The position numbers and the translations under genes are program-made. The notes beneath the pieces are model-generated. The model did not search any database. It was not told where the DNA came from and saw nothing but the letters and a program-made list of their open reading frames with translations. From an uncultured bacterium (GTDB taxonomy: Bacteria > Krumholzibacteriota > Krumholzibacteriia > Krumholzibacteriales > Krumholzibacteriaceae): a stretch of 64,000 nt of DNA. The stretch is from the NCBI GenBank assembly GCA_963786935.1, contig CAWBAN010000001.1, positions 736,001 to 800,000 of the forward strand, given 5' to 3'. Shown here piece after piece: positions 19,524 to 31,200 of the stretch. Each line of letters starts with the position of its first letter. Positions within the stretch are counted from its first letter, which is position 1.

Positions 19524-20578
19524 TGCTCTCCTCCCCGCGCCGATTCGCGCGCGAGCGTTTTCAGGTGCGGCGAAAGCCGCGCGCGAAACACCTGCTCCCA
19601 TGAGTAATCCGCCACCTTCGCGGCCGTCTCCGGCCGCGAGAGCCGGACGGCGGCGATCTTCTCCGGGATTTCCGAGACCCGGTCGTAGTAACAGAAGCCG
19701 TTTCCTTCGCGGATCGTCGTCGGGAGGGCGCCGAAGCGGGTGGCGAGAACGGGAAGGTTGCACGCGCACGCCTCGATCACCGAAAGCGGAATCTCGACCG
19801 CGCCGGTCGAGCTGCTCACGGGGAACAGGTAGCAGTCGGAGGCCTGGTAGAGCTCGTGAACCTCGTCGATGTACTCGTCGATCACGATGATCCCCGCCAT
19901 GCGGAGCCGATGGGCCCAGGACGGATCGATCTCGCCCGCTTTGACGACCGGCTGCACGTCCGGTCCCCAGCCACGATAGCGCAGGAGCACTTCGAGGTTG
20001 CGGCTCTCCTTGATGTGTCCGACGTGGAGCACGATGTAGCGGTCGCGGGGAAAATCGTATTTGGCCTTGAGCTGCGAGCGCACCTCCGGGCTCGCCGGCC
20101 TGAAGAGGCGGCTGTCGTAGCCGGGCATGAGAAAATCGGTCTCGATACCGAGACGATCGAGCCGCTCGCGCACGGAGGCGGCGGGGGAGAGGATGAGATC
20201 CGGCTTTCCGAACGCCGACAGGAATGCGTGCGCCCGGCCGATAGACCGCTCCTGCAGCCCTATGGCGATTACCGGGGATCCGATGACGAGGCGGAGCAGA
20301 GCGCTGCGGGCGATGCCGAAAGCCGTGAGCCCCGACTGGGGGACATAGAGGACCGCGTCGAAGCGTTCCCGGCGCGCGAGCTTAAGGAGATCTTTCGTGA
20401 CGAGCGTTTTGCGCGACAGCGCCCTGATCGTTCTGATATCGGGGTCCAACTCACCAAGCGCATGTATGACAGTCAGTTCCGTTTCGTTATGGAGGAAACG
20501 GCACAGGTGCATGAGGAAAACGAGCGTTCCCTCACGGGGCTTGTTCGTGATCTCTTCCGACGCGAGGAGTATTTTCAT
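19520..20578 (-). CDS. Glycosyltransferase family 4
   Basis: LHVGHI, YQASDCYLFP, IEACACNLPVLAT. Confidence 0.8.
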   Translation of the reverse strand: MKILLASEEITNKPREGTLVFLMHLCRFLHNETELTVIHALGELDPDIRTIRALSRKTLVTKDLLKLARRERFDAVLYVPQSGLTAFGIARSALLRLVIGSPVIAIGLQERSIGRAHAFLSAFGKPDLILSPAASVRERLDRLGIETDFLMPGYDSRLFRPASPEVRSQLKAKYDFPRDRYIVLHVGHIKESRNLEVLLRYRGWGPDVQPVVKAGEIDPSWAHRLRMAGIIVIDEYIDEVHELYQASDCYLFPVSSSTGAVEIPLSVIEACACNLPVLATRFGALPTTIREGNGFCYYDRVSEIPEKIAAVRLSRPETAAKVADYSWEQVFRARLSPHLKTLARESARGGEQ

Positions 20579-20743
20579 ACGTATGGCGCAACAAATTGGG
20601 ATTTCACATGTTCAATCGCACTATTATGACGGTTTTTCGGCGGTGCGACAACGAAAATCGAGATGAAGGCGGGCAAAATGTGGAAAGATACTTGCTAAGA
20701 GAGGCTCGGCGCGAAATATTGGGTGGAATGGCGCCGTCGAACG

Positions 20744-20752
20744 TGTTATAAT
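20744..20752 (+). promoter_or_regulatory. Extended -10 promoter element
   Basis: TGtTATAAT upstream of the aminotransferase gene. Confidence 0.6.
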
Positions 20753-20790
20753 TTTGGAACTTGGGCCTGAGCCAAACGAGGTTGCGCATC

Positions 20791-21903
20791 ATGAGCAAAA
20801 AGATCCCGTTCATTGACCTCCAGACCGGTACCAGGAAAATCAGGAAAGAAATCGACGAGGCGATTGGAAACGTTCTCGATAATACCGCGTTCATTCTGGG
20901 ACCGGCGCTCGAGGCGTTCGAGTCGGAATTCGCCAAGTACTGCGAGACGACTCACTGCGTCGGCGTCCATTCCGGGACGGCCGCGCTCCATCTCGCGCTC
21001 GCCTCGTACGGCATCGGACCGGGGGACGAGGTCATCACCGTTCCCAACACCTTCATCGCGACGGTCGAGGCGATCGTCATGGCCGGCGCGAAGCCCGTTC
21101 TCGTGGACGTGCGCGCCGACGACGCGCTCATCGACGTCGAGCGTCTGGACGCGGCGATCACCCCGCGGACGAAGGCGATCATTCCGGTGCACCTCTTCGG
21201 CCAGCCCTGCGACATGGATCCGATCATGGCGATCGCGAAGAAGCGCGGCATCGTCGTCATCGAGGATTCGTGCCAGGGGCACGGATCGACCTACCAGGGC
21301 AGACGCGCCGGCTCTCTCGGGCACGCGGCCGCGTTCTCGTTCTATCCGAGCAAGAATCTCGGGGCATTCGGCGAAGGCGGCGCGATCACGACCGGGGATC
21401 CGCGGGTGTTCGAGCGGGCCCGGGCGCTGCGCCATCACGCGCAGTTCAAGCGGAACATCCACCAGGAGATGGGATACAACTACCGCCTCGATTCGATCCA
21501 GGCGGCGATTCTCAGGGTGAAGCTCGGATACCTCGACGGCTGGAACGACATGCGGAGAGCCGCCGCGAAGCGATATCTCGACAATCTCAAGGGCACGCGC
21601 TACTGGCTGCCGCTCGAGGTGGCGGGGCGCCGGCACGTGTACCATGTCTTTCCGATCGGGTGTCCCGACAAGAAGGCCGTCACCGCGGCCTTGACCGACG
21701 CGAATATCGGATGGGGGGAGCATTATCCCGTGCCCGTGCACCTGCAGCCGGCGTTCGCCCATCTCGGGAAGGAAGCGGGGAGCTATCCCGTGGCGGAGAA
21801 GCTCATGCGGGAGTCCGTTTCGCTCCCGATGTTTCCCGAGCTCGAGCCGGATGATATCGACCGCGTCTGCGAAGTGCTCAGAGGGGTCGACGGGAAGTCC
21901 TGA
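20791..21903 (+). CDS. DegT/DnrJ/EryC1/StrS sugar aminotransferase (WbpE/WlbC-like)
   Basis: IPFIDL, SGTAALHLAL, IPVHLFGQ, FSFYPSKNLGAFGEGG, GYNYRLDSIQAA. Confidence 0.92.
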   Translation: MSKKIPFIDLQTGTRKIRKEIDEAIGNVLDNTAFILGPALEAFESEFAKYCETTHCVGVHSGTAALHLALASYGIGPGDEVITVPNTFIATVEAIVMAGAKPVLVDVRADDALIDVERLDAAITPRTKAIIPVHLFGQPCDMDPIMAIAKKRGIVVIEDSCQGHGSTYQGRRAGSLGHAAAFSFYPSKNLGAFGEGGAITTGDPRVFERARALRHHAQFKRNIHQEMGYNYRLDSIQAAILRVKLGYLDGWNDMRRAAAKRYLDNLKGTRYWLPLEVAGRRHVYHVFPIGCPDKKAVTAALTDANIGWGEHYPVPVHLQPAFAHLGKEAGSYPVAEKLMRESVSLPMFPELEPDDIDRVCEVLRGVDGKS

Positions 21904-21976
21904 GGGTTTGCGCAAGGAGGGGGCTATCGGATAATCGATAATGAAATAGCTCGGGGTCGCGGAGGCGTAACGCATA

Positions 21977-22714
21977 ATGAGAAAGCAATCGATGGCCCTG
22001 GACACCGCTCAGAAGTTTCAGCAGCTTACGGAGAGCCTCGAACCCCCCGCGGGAATCAAGCTCCGCGGGCGAATGTGGTCGCAGCGGCTCGTCAAGCGCC
22101 TGATCGATGTCGGCGCCGGCCTGCTGGTCACGATCGTCGGCTTTCCGTTCTTTCTCGCCGTTGCGCTGCTGATCAAGCTGACGTCTCGGGGACCCGTATT
22201 TTTCTCTCAAAAACGAATTGGGGAGCATGGGAGGAATTTTACCCTTTTCAAGTTCCGCACGATGCGTCAGGACAGCGACGACTCCATTCACCGCGAGTTC
22301 ACCCGCAGTTTCATCGAAGGGCGCATGCCCAATTCAAGCCTTGACGAAAAAACACCCTCCGTATATAAGTTGACAAACGATCCGCGCGTGACCTCGGTCG
22401 GCAACTTCCTGAGGAAGACGAGCCTCGATGAGCTCCCGCAGTTCATCAACATCCTCAGGGGAGAGATGACCCTCGTGGGGCCGCGGCCCCCGCTGCAGTA
22501 CGAGCTCGAGTACTACGAGGAATGGCACAAGCTCCGGCTCGAGGTGAAGCCCGGGCTCACCGGGCTCTGGCAGGTGAGCGGGAGGAGCCGCGTCTCGTTC
22601 GACGAGATGGTGAAGCTCGATCTCTACTACATCGAGCACTGGTCCCTGCTCCTCGATTTCAAGATCATGCTGCGGACCATTCCCGTGATGCTTTTCGGAT
22701 CGGGAGGCTATTGA
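21977..22714 (+). CDS. Second priming sugar transferase (Bac_transf family)
   Basis: [42 protein letters not shown]. Confidence 0.9.
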   Translation: MRKQSMALDTAQKFQQLTESLEPPAGIKLRGRMWSQRLVKRLIDVGAGLLVTIVGFPFFLAVALLIKLTSRGPVFFSQKRIGEHGRNFTLFKFRTMRQDSDDSIHREFTRSFIEGRMPNSSLDEKTPSVYKLTNDPRVTSVGNFLRKTSLDELPQFINILRGEMTLVGPRPPLQYELEYYEEWHKLRLEVKPGLTGLWQVSGRSRVSFDEMVKLDLYYIEHWSLLLDFKIMLRTIPVMLFGSGGY

Positions 22715-22727
22715 GAATGGAGGCGTC

Positions 22728-23750
22728 GTGCTGAATGTCGGTGTCATCGGCTGCGGCTACTGGGGTCCCAACCTCATCAGGAATTTTTCAAACCTGAAAA
22801 CATCGAAGGTGATCGCCTGCGCGGACATCAACGAGAATCGTCTCACGCACATGAAGCAGCTCTACCCGGCCCTGCGGACGACGACCGATTTCCGCGAACT
22901 CGTCGCGGATCCGGGAATCGACGCGCTCGTCATCGCCACGCCGGTGTCGTCGCACTATCCGGTCGCGCGTGAAGCGCTCGAAGCGGGAAAGCACGTCTTC
23001 GTCGAGAAGCCGCTCGCGCAGTCGGTCGACGAAGGGAGGAAGCTCGTCGAGCTCGCGAAGCGGAAAGAGCGCGTGCTCATGGTCGGGCACACCTTCGTCT
23101 ATACCGCCGCGGTCAACAAGGTCAAGGATCTGATCTGGAACGGCGAGCTCGGAGACATCTACTACGTCGCCACGTCGCGCGTGAACCTCGGCATCTTCCA
23201 GGAAGACATCAACGTCGTGTGGGATCTGGCGCCGCACGACGTCTCGATCATGAACTACGTGCTCAACGCGCGCCCCATTTCGGTTTCGGCGATCGGTCAA
23301 TCGTACATCCGGCCGGGAATCGAGGACGTGGCGTTTCTCCTCCTGCGGTATCCGCAGTCGACGATCGCGAACATTCACGTCTCGTGGCTCAATCCGAACA
23401 AGATCAGGAGCACGACGGTCGTCGGGAGCAAGAAGATGCTCGTCTACGACGACGTTTCGAGCCTCGAGAAGATACGGATCTACGACAAGGGCGTGACGGT
23501 GACGCCCCACTACGACACCTTCGGCGAGTTTCAGCTCTCGTACCGGTACGGCGACATATCCATCCCGCGCCTCGACGACGCCGAGCCGCTCAAGATCGAG
23601 TGCCAGCACTTCGTCGATTGCATCGAGAAGGGCGTGACCCCCAGGAGCGGCGGGACGCACGGTCTCGAAGTGCTCCTCGCCCTCGACGCGGCGGATCGCT
23701 CGATGCGGGAGCACGGCACGGAAGTCACGATCGAGTATCCCAAGCTGTAG
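22728..23750 (+). CDS. Gfo/Idh/MocA oxidoreductase (WbpB/WlbA-like sugar dehydrogenase)
   Basis: [23 protein letters not shown]. Confidence 0.88.
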   Translation: MLNVGVIGCGYWGPNLIRNFSNLKTSKVIACADINENRLTHMKQLYPALRTTTDFRELVADPGIDALVIATPVSSHYPVAREALEAGKHVFVEKPLAQSVDEGRKLVELAKRKERVLMVGHTFVYTAAVNKVKDLIWNGELGDIYYVATSRVNLGIFQEDINVVWDLAPHDVSIMNYVLNARPISVSAIGQSYIRPGIEDVAFLLLRYPQSTIANIHVSWLNPNKIRSTTVVGSKKMLVYDDVSSLEKIRIYDKGVTVTPHYDTFGEFQLSYRYGDISIPRLDDAEPLKIECQHFVDCIEKGVTPRSGGTHGLEVLLALDAADRSMREHGTEVTIEYPKL

Positions 23751-23761
23751 GGTTTCTCGCC

Positions 23762-24400
23762 ATGAATGATCATTTCGTTTCGCCCGCGCTGGGCACCGTT
23801 CATCTCGGCGCCGATTCGTCCATCGACGAGGGGGCCATCCTCGGCTATCTCTCCCCGCGGCGCGGCGTGAGCGGCGTGCTCACGATCGGTCCGAACGCCC
23901 GCGTGCGGAGCGGGTGCGTCATCTACGCGGGTTCCCGCATCGGATCGCATCTCGAGACGGGGCATCACACGATCATCAGGGAGGAGAGCGAGATCGGGGA
24001 CCGTTTTTCGATCTGGAACGGCTCCGTCGTCGATTACGGCTGCCGCATCGGCACGAACGTGAAGATCCACTGCCAGGTGTACATCGCGCAGTTCACGATC
24101 ATCGAAGACAACGTGTTTCTCGCGCCCGGAGTCAAGATCGCGAACGATTACCATCCCGGCTGCCCCGATTCGAAGGACTGCATGCGCGGACCGACGCTCA
24201 AGAAGGGCTGCCATATCGGCGTGAACGTGACGATCCTGCCCTACGTCACGATCGGCGAGGGTGCGCTCATCGGGAGCGGCTCGGTCGTCACGAAGGATGT
24301 GCCGCCCGGCGTCGTCGCGTACGGGAATCCCGCGCGCGTGCATGAGCGGCTCGACGAGATGCGCTGCAAGACGGGACGCCGGGAAGCCCCCTACCGGTGA
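23762..24400 (+). CDS. Hexapeptide-repeat N-acetyltransferase (WbpD/WlbB-like)
   Basis: Left-handed beta-helix repeats; [21 protein letters not shown]. Confidence 0.85.
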   Translation: MNDHFVSPALGTVHLGADSSIDEGAILGYLSPRRGVSGVLTIGPNARVRSGCVIYAGSRIGSHLETGHHTIIREESEIGDRFSIWNGSVVDYGCRIGTNVKIHCQVYIAQFTIIEDNVFLAPGVKIANDYHPGCPDSKDCMRGPTLKKGCHIGVNVTILPYVTIGEGALIGSGSVVTKDVPPGVVAYGNPARVHERLDEMRCKTGRREAPYR

Positions 24401-25557
24401 CGGATTTCACGATGACGGCGAAGGGACAGTCTCCCCGCGTCGAGATGCTCGCCTCGACCCTCGTGACGGGGGGGGCGGAGCGCGTCATCGAAGCGCTCGC
24501 GCTCGGGCTCCCCGCGCGCGGATTGTCCGTTCGAGTCCTCTGCCTGCACGATGCGGGCCCGATCGGCGACGCGATCGGGCGCCGCGGGACGCCGGTCATC
24601 ACGGACATCGCGCGCCGCCGCCGCGATCCCTTTGTCTGCGTCCGTCTCGCCTCGCTGCTCGCCCGGAACCGGGAGGCCGTTCTCCTGTCGCTCGATCATC
24701 ACGACGCCGTGTTCGCCGGCGCGGCCGCGGCGCGCTGGGCGGGTTTGAAGCACCGGTTTCTCGCCGTTCATTCCACGGGCCTCTGGGGAAAGCGCAGCTC
24801 CTTCTCCGCGAGCGATCGGTTCGTGCTTCGCTCGTACGAGGGAATCGTGGCGCTGGCGAAGACGCACGCCGATTACCTCGTGCGCCGCGAGGGGATCGAC
24901 GAGCGGAAGATTCGAATCATCCCGAACGGCGTCGACACGGAGCGGTTTCGGCCGGCGGCGTCCGGCGCCGAACGCGAGCGCTCGCGCGATGCGCTCTCGA
25001 TCCCGCCCGGACGGTTCGTCGTCACGATCGTCGCCGCCCTGCGGCCCGAGAAGAACCACCGGCTGCTGCTCGACGCCGCCGCGCGGATCGGGGCCCGCCG
25101 TCGGGATTTCCTGTTTCTGATCGTCGGGGACGGCGGGGAAGGGGACGGGCTGCGGGGGCGGGCGGCGGGGCTTTCGCTCGGTGATACGGTTCGCTTCATG
25201 GGGCGCCGGGAGGATATTCCGGCGATTCTCTCCGCGTCCGACGTTTCGGTGCTGTGCTCGCACGCGGTCGTGGAGACGTTTCCGCTGGCAGTGCTCGAGG
25301 CGATGGCGTGCGGCGTGCCCGTCGTCGCCTCGGACGTCGGCGCGGTGCGCGAAATGGTCGCCGACGGCGATGAGGGGCGCGTCGTCCCGCCGGGGGACGT
25401 CGAGACGCTCGCCGGAGCGCTCCTCTCGCTCGCGGACGCGCCGGAAGAGCGCTCGCGGATGGGACGGCGCGGGCGGGAGCGGGTTGTCAGGGATTTCGCG
25501 GTGGGAGACATGGTACGGCGGTATGCGGATGTGTTCAGCGAGGCGCTCGAACGATAG
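24397..25557 (+). CDS. Glycosyltransferase family 4
   Basis: [33 protein letters not shown]. Confidence 0.88.
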   Translation: MTDFTMTAKGQSPRVEMLASTLVTGGAERVIEALALGLPARGLSVRVLCLHDAGPIGDAIGRRGTPVITDIARRRRDPFVCVRLASLLARNREAVLLSLDHHDAVFAGAAAARWAGLKHRFLAVHSTGLWGKRSSFSASDRFVLRSYEGIVALAKTHADYLVRREGIDERKIRIIPNGVDTERFRPAASGAERERSRDALSIPPGRFVVTIVAALRPEKNHRLLLDAAARIGARRRDFLFLIVGDGGEGDGLRGRAAGLSLGDTVRFMGRREDIPAILSASDVSVLCSHAVVETFPLAVLEAMACGVPVVASDVGAVREMVADGDEGRVVPPGDVETLAGALLSLADAPEERSRMGRRGRERVVRDFAVGDMVRRYADVFSEALER

Positions 25558-25572
25558 GATGAGAGGATTGGC

Positions 25573-26565
25573 ATGCAAACGCCGGTAGATGCGGTGGTCG
25601 CGGTAACGTACCGGTGCGATTCCCGGTGCAACATGTGCAATATCTGGCAGCTGCCGCCGGGAGACGAGCTTTCGAGCGATGAGTACCGGAAGCTGCCCCG
25701 CACGCTGCGGGACATCAACATCACGGGCGGAGAGCCGTTCCTCCGCGACGATCTCGTCGAGATCGTCCGGACCCTCGACGCCCGGTGCGCTCATCCGCGC
25801 ATCGTGATCTCCACGAACGGATTCGAGAGGCGCCGGATCGCGCACGCGGCGCCGGGGCTCCTCGCGATCGGAAGGAACGTCGGCATCGCCGTATCGCTCG
25901 ACGGCATCGGGGAGAAGCACGACGAGATACGGGGCATCCCCGGCGGCTTCGACAAGGTCGTCGAGACGCTGAAGCAGCTCCGCACGATCGGGTACCGCAA
26001 CGTCCGCGTGGCGTTCACGGCCCAGCGCGGCAACGTGAAGCATCTCGGCGCGGTCTACGATCTCTCGCGGCAGTTCGGATTCCAATTCACGACCTCGGTC
26101 GCGCAGAATTCGGATTTCTATTTTTCCACCGACGAGAACCAGACGGTCGATCCGCTCGATCTCGAGGCCGAGCTCGCGTACGTGATGCGGAAGGAGCTCC
26201 TGAGTCTCAGCCCGAAGCGTTGGCTGCGGGCATATTTTTACGCGGGTGTTCTCGAGTACAACGTTTCGCGGGAGCGAATGCTCCCGTGCCGCGCCGGGCG
26301 CGATTCATTCTTCATGGATCCCGCCGGATTCGTCTACCCGTGTCTCACCCTCAACATCCCGATGGGCACGATCCGCGAGCGGGCGTTCGAGGAGATCTGG
26401 AGGGGGGAAGCGGCGGAGGCGGCGCGCTCCCGGGTCGATTGCTGCCGCCAGCCGTGCTGGATGATCTGCACGGCCCGGACGGCCATGATGCGGCGTCCCC
26501 AGAGAGCCGCGATGTGGATCCTCGGCGCCTGGGGCAGGATCGCCGCGGGGAAAAAGGTGCGATGA
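25573..26565 (+). CDS. Radical SAM/SPASM protein
   Basis: CDSRCNMC, ITGGEPFLR, VSLDG, C-terminal PCRAG...VYPC...CCRQPCWMIC. Confidence 0.9.
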   Translation: MQTPVDAVVAVTYRCDSRCNMCNIWQLPPGDELSSDEYRKLPRTLRDINITGGEPFLRDDLVEIVRTLDARCAHPRIVISTNGFERRRIAHAAPGLLAIGRNVGIAVSLDGIGEKHDEIRGIPGGFDKVVETLKQLRTIGYRNVRVAFTAQRGNVKHLGAVYDLSRQFGFQFTTSVAQNSDFYFSTDENQTVDPLDLEAELAYVMRKELLSLSPKRWLRAYFYAGVLEYNVSRERMLPCRAGRDSFFMDPAGFVYPCLTLNIPMGTIRERAFEEIWRGEAAEAARSRVDCCRQPCWMICTARTAMMRRPQRAAMWILGAWGRIAAGKKVR

Positions 26566-27722
26566 TGGTCTCGGCGGCGGATGCGGCGGATCGCGCGGGC
26601 GGCGGGAATCGTCTCAGAATCGCGATGATCGGATCGCGGGGATTGCCGCTCGTGTACGGCGGCATCGAGCGGCACGTGGCAGAGATCGGCTCGCGCCTCG
26701 CGGCGCGGGGGCACGAGGTGACCGTGTTCGGGAGACGCCCCTTCAGCGCCGGCGGGGACCATCGGGGGATGCGCATCCGCGTCCTGCCCTCGATTCCGAC
26801 GAAGAATCTCGAGACGGCCTCGAATTCGCTGGCGGCCGCGCTCGGCGCCTTTTTCGGGCCGTACGACATCGTCCATTTCCACGGGGTCGGGCCGTCTCTC
26901 TTCAGCTGGATCACCGCAGCGCGGGGCATGACGACCGTGGCGACGATCCACGCCGGCGACTACCGGCAGTCGAAGTGGGGTCCGGCGGCCCGCTCGCTCC
27001 TGCGTCTGGGGGAGCGGACCGCGGTGCGGGGGACGCACGCGGCGATCGCCGTCTCGCGGATCATGGCCGCCGAGCTCGAGGCGCGGTACGGCTGTCCGGT
27101 CGTCTATATTCCGAACGGAGCCGATCTCCGGGAGGCGCCTCCCTTCGGCCAAGCGGCGGCGCTCGGGCTCGAGAGCGGCCGGTATATCCTCGCCGTCGGC
27201 AGGTTCATCGTCGAGCGCGGATTTCACACCCTGCTCGAGGCGTTCAGGGACGTGCCGACCGATTGCCGCCTCGTCATCGCGGGGGACGCGCGATTCGAGG
27301 AACGCTACGAGCGGCGGCTCAGGGAGATGGCCGATCCGCGCGTCGTATTTCCCGGATACGTCTCGGGTACGCTCCTCGACGAGCTCTACGCGCACTGCGC
27401 GTTTTACGTTCTCCCGTCCACGGTCGAGGGGCTTCCGATCTCGCTCCTCGAGGCGATGAGCTTCTCCCGCCCGGTTCTCGTGAGCGATATCCCGGAGAAC
27501 CTCGAGGTGTCAGGCGGGATCGCCGGAACCTTCTTGCGCGGGAACGCCGCGGATCTTTCCCGCGCGCTCGAGCGGATGCTCGCCATGAACGACGCCGAGC
27601 GCCTGCGCCTGGGGGCGGCCGCCCGGGAGCGGGTCGCGTCGCGATACACATGGGATCGCGTAACCGACGAAGTGGAAGCGCTCTACCGGCGTCTCTCGAA
27701 AGCCCGCGAGGATGTCCGCTGA
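26562..27722 (+). CDS. Glycosyltransferase family 4
   Basis: IAMIGSRG..YGGIERHV, VEGLPISLLEAM, SDIPEN. Confidence 0.88.
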   Translation: MMVSAADAADRAGGGNRLRIAMIGSRGLPLVYGGIERHVAEIGSRLAARGHEVTVFGRRPFSAGGDHRGMRIRVLPSIPTKNLETASNSLAAALGAFFGPYDIVHFHGVGPSLFSWITAARGMTTVATIHAGDYRQSKWGPAARSLLRLGERTAVRGTHAAIAVSRIMAAELEARYGCPVVYIPNGADLREAPPFGQAAALGLESGRYILAVGRFIVERGFHTLLEAFRDVPTDCRLVIAGDARFEERYERRLREMADPRVVFPGYVSGTLLDELYAHCAFYVLPSTVEGLPISLLEAMSFSRPVLVSDIPENLEVSGGIAGTFLRGNAADLSRALERMLAMNDAERLRLGAAARERVASRYTWDRVTDEVEALYRRLSKAREDVR

Positions 27723-27829
27723 TCCGCCGTCGCTTCTTTGCAAAACGGCATTTATATTGACACCCTACATATTTTCTTGTTAGTTAAAGCGGAATCGGGC
27801 ACGCCGCGTGCATTGGGGGAGGGGTCGCT

Positions 27830-28393
27830 ATGGCAGGTTTTCGAGCTTCTTTCGGCTCCGCGGCCGGAACGGCCGGCGCGATCGTTTTGATGTTCGCCGC
27901 GGCGGGGTGCGCCCCGGGCGGGATGGCGGGCGGATCGGCCGGCAAGGCTCCGGCCGGCGGCGGCGCGCGCGCCCCGAAATCGGCCCAGACGGCGCGCGAT
28001 ACCGCGGCCGCCGGGAGCGCGGCGTACCGGGTCGAGGACGAGATGCCCGAAAAGACCCAGCAGCGGCCGGCCGAGCTCGTCGAACGCCTCGAGCCGGTCG
28101 GATCCGACAGCGTCAGCGTTCAGGATATCGCCGGCGATCAGGCGCCGAAGCAGCTCTACGACGTAGGCTACCGGATTCAGGTTTTCGCGTCGGGGGATCG
28201 CGCGGCGGCCGAGAAGGTCAAAGAACGAATCGTCGCGGAAACGGGGATGACCGCGTATATTGAATACGAGGAAGGCCTCTACAAGGTGCGCGCGGGGGAT
28301 TTCGCCGAGCGCAAGGACGCCGCTCAGGCGCGATCGAAGCTCAGCGGAGCGTATCCCGACAGCTGGATCGTGAGAACCACCATCCGCCGATAG
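27830..28393 (+). CDS. SPOR-domain lipoprotein
   Basis: Lipobox AAGC; GYRIQVFA...YKVRAGDF...A...YPDSWIV; TTGACA at 27757 upstream. Confidence 0.8.
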   Translation: MAGFRASFGSAAGTAGAIVLMFAAAGCAPGGMAGGSAGKAPAGGGARAPKSAQTARDTAAAGSAAYRVEDEMPEKTQQRPAELVERLEPVGSDSVSVQDIAGDQAPKQLYDVGYRIQVFASGDRAAAEKVKERIVAETGMTAYIEYEEGLYKVRAGDFAERKDAAQARSKLSGAYPDSWIVRTTIRR

Positions 28394-28430
28394 AGCCGCA
28401 TCACCGAAGGGGAAAGGAGCCGAGCGCGAG

Positions 28431-29451
28431 ATGCCGGAGTTGCGCAAAGACGTCATCACGGGGAGATGGGTGATCATCTCGACGGAGCGCGGCAAGCGTC
28501 CGATCGAGTACAAGATGGAAAAGCGCCCCGCCGTCGGCGGATTCTGCCCGTTCTGCGACGGCAACGAGGACAAAACCCCTCCCGAGGTTCTCGCGTATCG
28601 CAACCCGCAGTCCGCTCCCAACTCGCGGGGATGGAAGGTGCGGGTCGTACCGAACAAGTTCCCGGCGCTTCAGATCGAGGGGGATCTCGACAAGCGCGCC
28701 GAGGGCATCTACGACACGATGCGCGGCGTCGGGGCCCACGAGGTGCTCATCGAGTCGCCGGGACATCTCACCCAGCTGTGCGACCTGTCGAACGAGCACG
28801 TCGAGAGCATCTTCTGGGCGATCCGCGACCGGTGCATCGATCTCAACAAGGATCCGCGCTTCAAGTACATCCTCGTGTTCAAGAATCGGGGGGAGGAGGC
28901 GGGAGCCTCGCTCGAGCATTCGCACATCCAGCTCATCGCGACGCCGATCATCCCGAAGCGCGCGATGGAGGAGCTCGACGGCGCCCAGTTCCACTACAAG
29001 CTCAAGGAACGCTGCATATTCTGCGACATCATCAAGCAGGAAATCGAGACGAAGAAGCGGATCATCTTTATCAACGATTTCTTCATCGCGATCGCCCCGT
29101 ATCGCGGCGCGCTTTCCGTTCGAAACATGGATTCTTCCGATCAAGCACGTATCGGCGTTCGAGAAGACGAGCTCCGAATGGTTCCCGCAGCTCGCCAGTA
29201 TGATGAGGCTCGTGCTCAAGCGGATCGACGAGGTTCTCGACGTTCCGCCGTTCAATTTCATTCTCCATACCGCGCCGTGCAAGACCCCCGATATGGAGTA
29301 CTATCACTGGCATCTCGAGATAATGCCGAAGCTGACCCGCGTGGCGGGATTCGAGTGGGGGAGCGGGTTCTACATCAATCCGACCCCGCCCGAAGACGCG
29401 GCGGAGGCGCTTCGCAACCATTCCGGCAAGACGGATCAAAAAACCACGTAG
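28431..29451 (+). CDS. galT: GalT-like (HIT-fold) hexose-1-phosphate nucleotidyltransferase; apparent +1 frameshift at ~29103
   Basis: ELRKD..GRWVII..ER.KRP, CPFC, NKFPAL, GASLEHSHIQ; removing one C restores APYAARFPFETW...YHWHLEI..AGFEWGSG. Confidence 0.8.
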
Positions 29452-29466
29452 CAAAGGATCAGAGCG

Positions 29467-30971
29467 ATGGCGAAGAGAGATCTGAATCTTGTTCTCGCGA
29501 CGACCGAGATCGTTCCGTTTTCGAAGGTCGGCGGGCTCGCCGACGTCATGGGCGCGCTCCCGGACGAGCTCGAGAAGCTCGGCGCGGCCGCGAGCGTGTT
29601 CACGCCGCTGTATTCGTCCATCGACCGGGCCGCGTACGGCATCAAGCCCGAGGCGGGGCTCCCGACGATCGAGGTGCGGATCGCCGGCGCTCTCGAGCGA
29701 TTCCGCCTCTATTCGTGTTTGAAGCCGCGCACCGGCGTTCGCGTCTATTTTCTCGACAACGACCGGTTCTACGCGCGGAAGGGGATCTATACGGTTCCCG
29801 ACACGGGGAAGGCCTTTCCCGACGAGGATGAACGAACGATCTTCTTCAACCGGGCGGTGCTCGCCGCCGTCAAGGCGCTCGATCTGCATCCCGACATCAT
29901 TCACTGCAACGATTTCCATGCGGGCCTCATTCCCGCGTACCTGAAGATCGATCTTCAGAACGATCCGCATTTCGCCGGGGCGGCGACGGTGTTCAGCATC
30001 CACAACCTCGCCTATCAGGGTCTGTTCGGGCCGGAGTTCATGCAGAAGGCGGGATTCAAGAGCTCCCTGTTCTCCCCGATGAGCCCCTTCGAGTTCTGGG
30101 GCCGCGTGAACATGATGAAGGTCGGGATCGCGTATTCCGACATCATCAGCACGGTGAGCAGGACGTACGCCGAGGAGATCACGAGCACCGAGGAGTTCGG
30201 GTGCGGTCTCGAGGGAGTGCTCCGCTCGCGGAAGGCGGATCTCGTCGGGATCCTGAACGGCATCGACATGGACGTCTGGGATCCGTCGAAAGACGCGCTC
30301 CTCCCGTACCCGTTCACGACGTCGGCGCTCGCCGGCAAGGGGCAGAATCGCGCGGAGCTGCTCAAGGCGTTCGCGCTGCCGCAGACGGGGGCGGGCCCCG
30401 TGATCGGCATGATTTCGCGGCTCGTCGATCAGAAGGGATTCGACATTCTCGCGGACGCGTTCGATCAGCTCATGGCGCTCGGGGTCAATCTCGTCGTCCT
30501 CGGGACCGGGCAGGAGAAGTATCACGAGCTCTACTGGAGCCTCGCGAAGAAATACCCGCGGCAATTCGGCCTCAAGCTGGAGTTCAACGACCGCCTCGCG
30601 CATCTCATCGAGGGGGGAGCGATTTCTTCCTCATGCCGTCGCGGTACGAGCCGTGCGGCCTCAACCAGATGTACAGCCTGCGGTACGGGACGATTCCGAT
30701 CGTGCGCGGAACCGGCGGCCTGCTCGATACGATTTCCGAGATCGACGGAACGGGGGAGTCCGGGAACGGGTTCGTTTTCCGGGAGTATTCCCCGTCCGCG
30801 CTCCTCGACGCGACGCGGCGGGCGGTCGAGTTCTACCGGGACAAAAACGCGATTCGGAAGGTTCGCCGCCGCATCATGCGCGAGGATCATTCGTGGCGGC
30901 GCTCGGCGAAAGAATACGGCGAGCTCTACGAGCGCGCGCGGAGCCTCGCCGGAATGGGGTTGACAAAGTAG
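29467..30971 (+). CDS. glgA: Glycogen synthase; apparent -1 frameshift at G-run 30612-30617
   Basis: [34 protein letters not shown]; second frame continues [24 protein letters not shown]. Confidence 0.88.
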
Positions 30972-30989
30972 AGAGCCGGTTTTTATACT
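30960..30989 (+). promoter_or_regulatory. Promoter of the tRNA pair
   Basis: TTGACA (30960)-18-TATACT (30984). Confidence 0.7.
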
Positions 30990-31012
30990 TACTGTTCGAC
31001 AATCGATGAGGG

Positions 31013-31088
<76 letters not shown>

Positions 31089-31097
31089 TTTTCTTGA

Positions 31098-31172
31098 GGC
31101 GGCATAGCCAAGTGGTAAGGCGACGGTCTGCAAAACCGTTATTCACCGGTTCGAATCCGGTTGCCGCCTCCA
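31098..31172 (+). tRNA. tRNA-Cys (GCA)
   Basis: GGCGGCA...TGCCGCC acceptor stem, loop CTGCAAA, GTTCGAATC, U73, CCA. Confidence 0.97.
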
Positions 31173-31200
31173 TTCTATCGCCCGGCGCTCTCCCATCATT

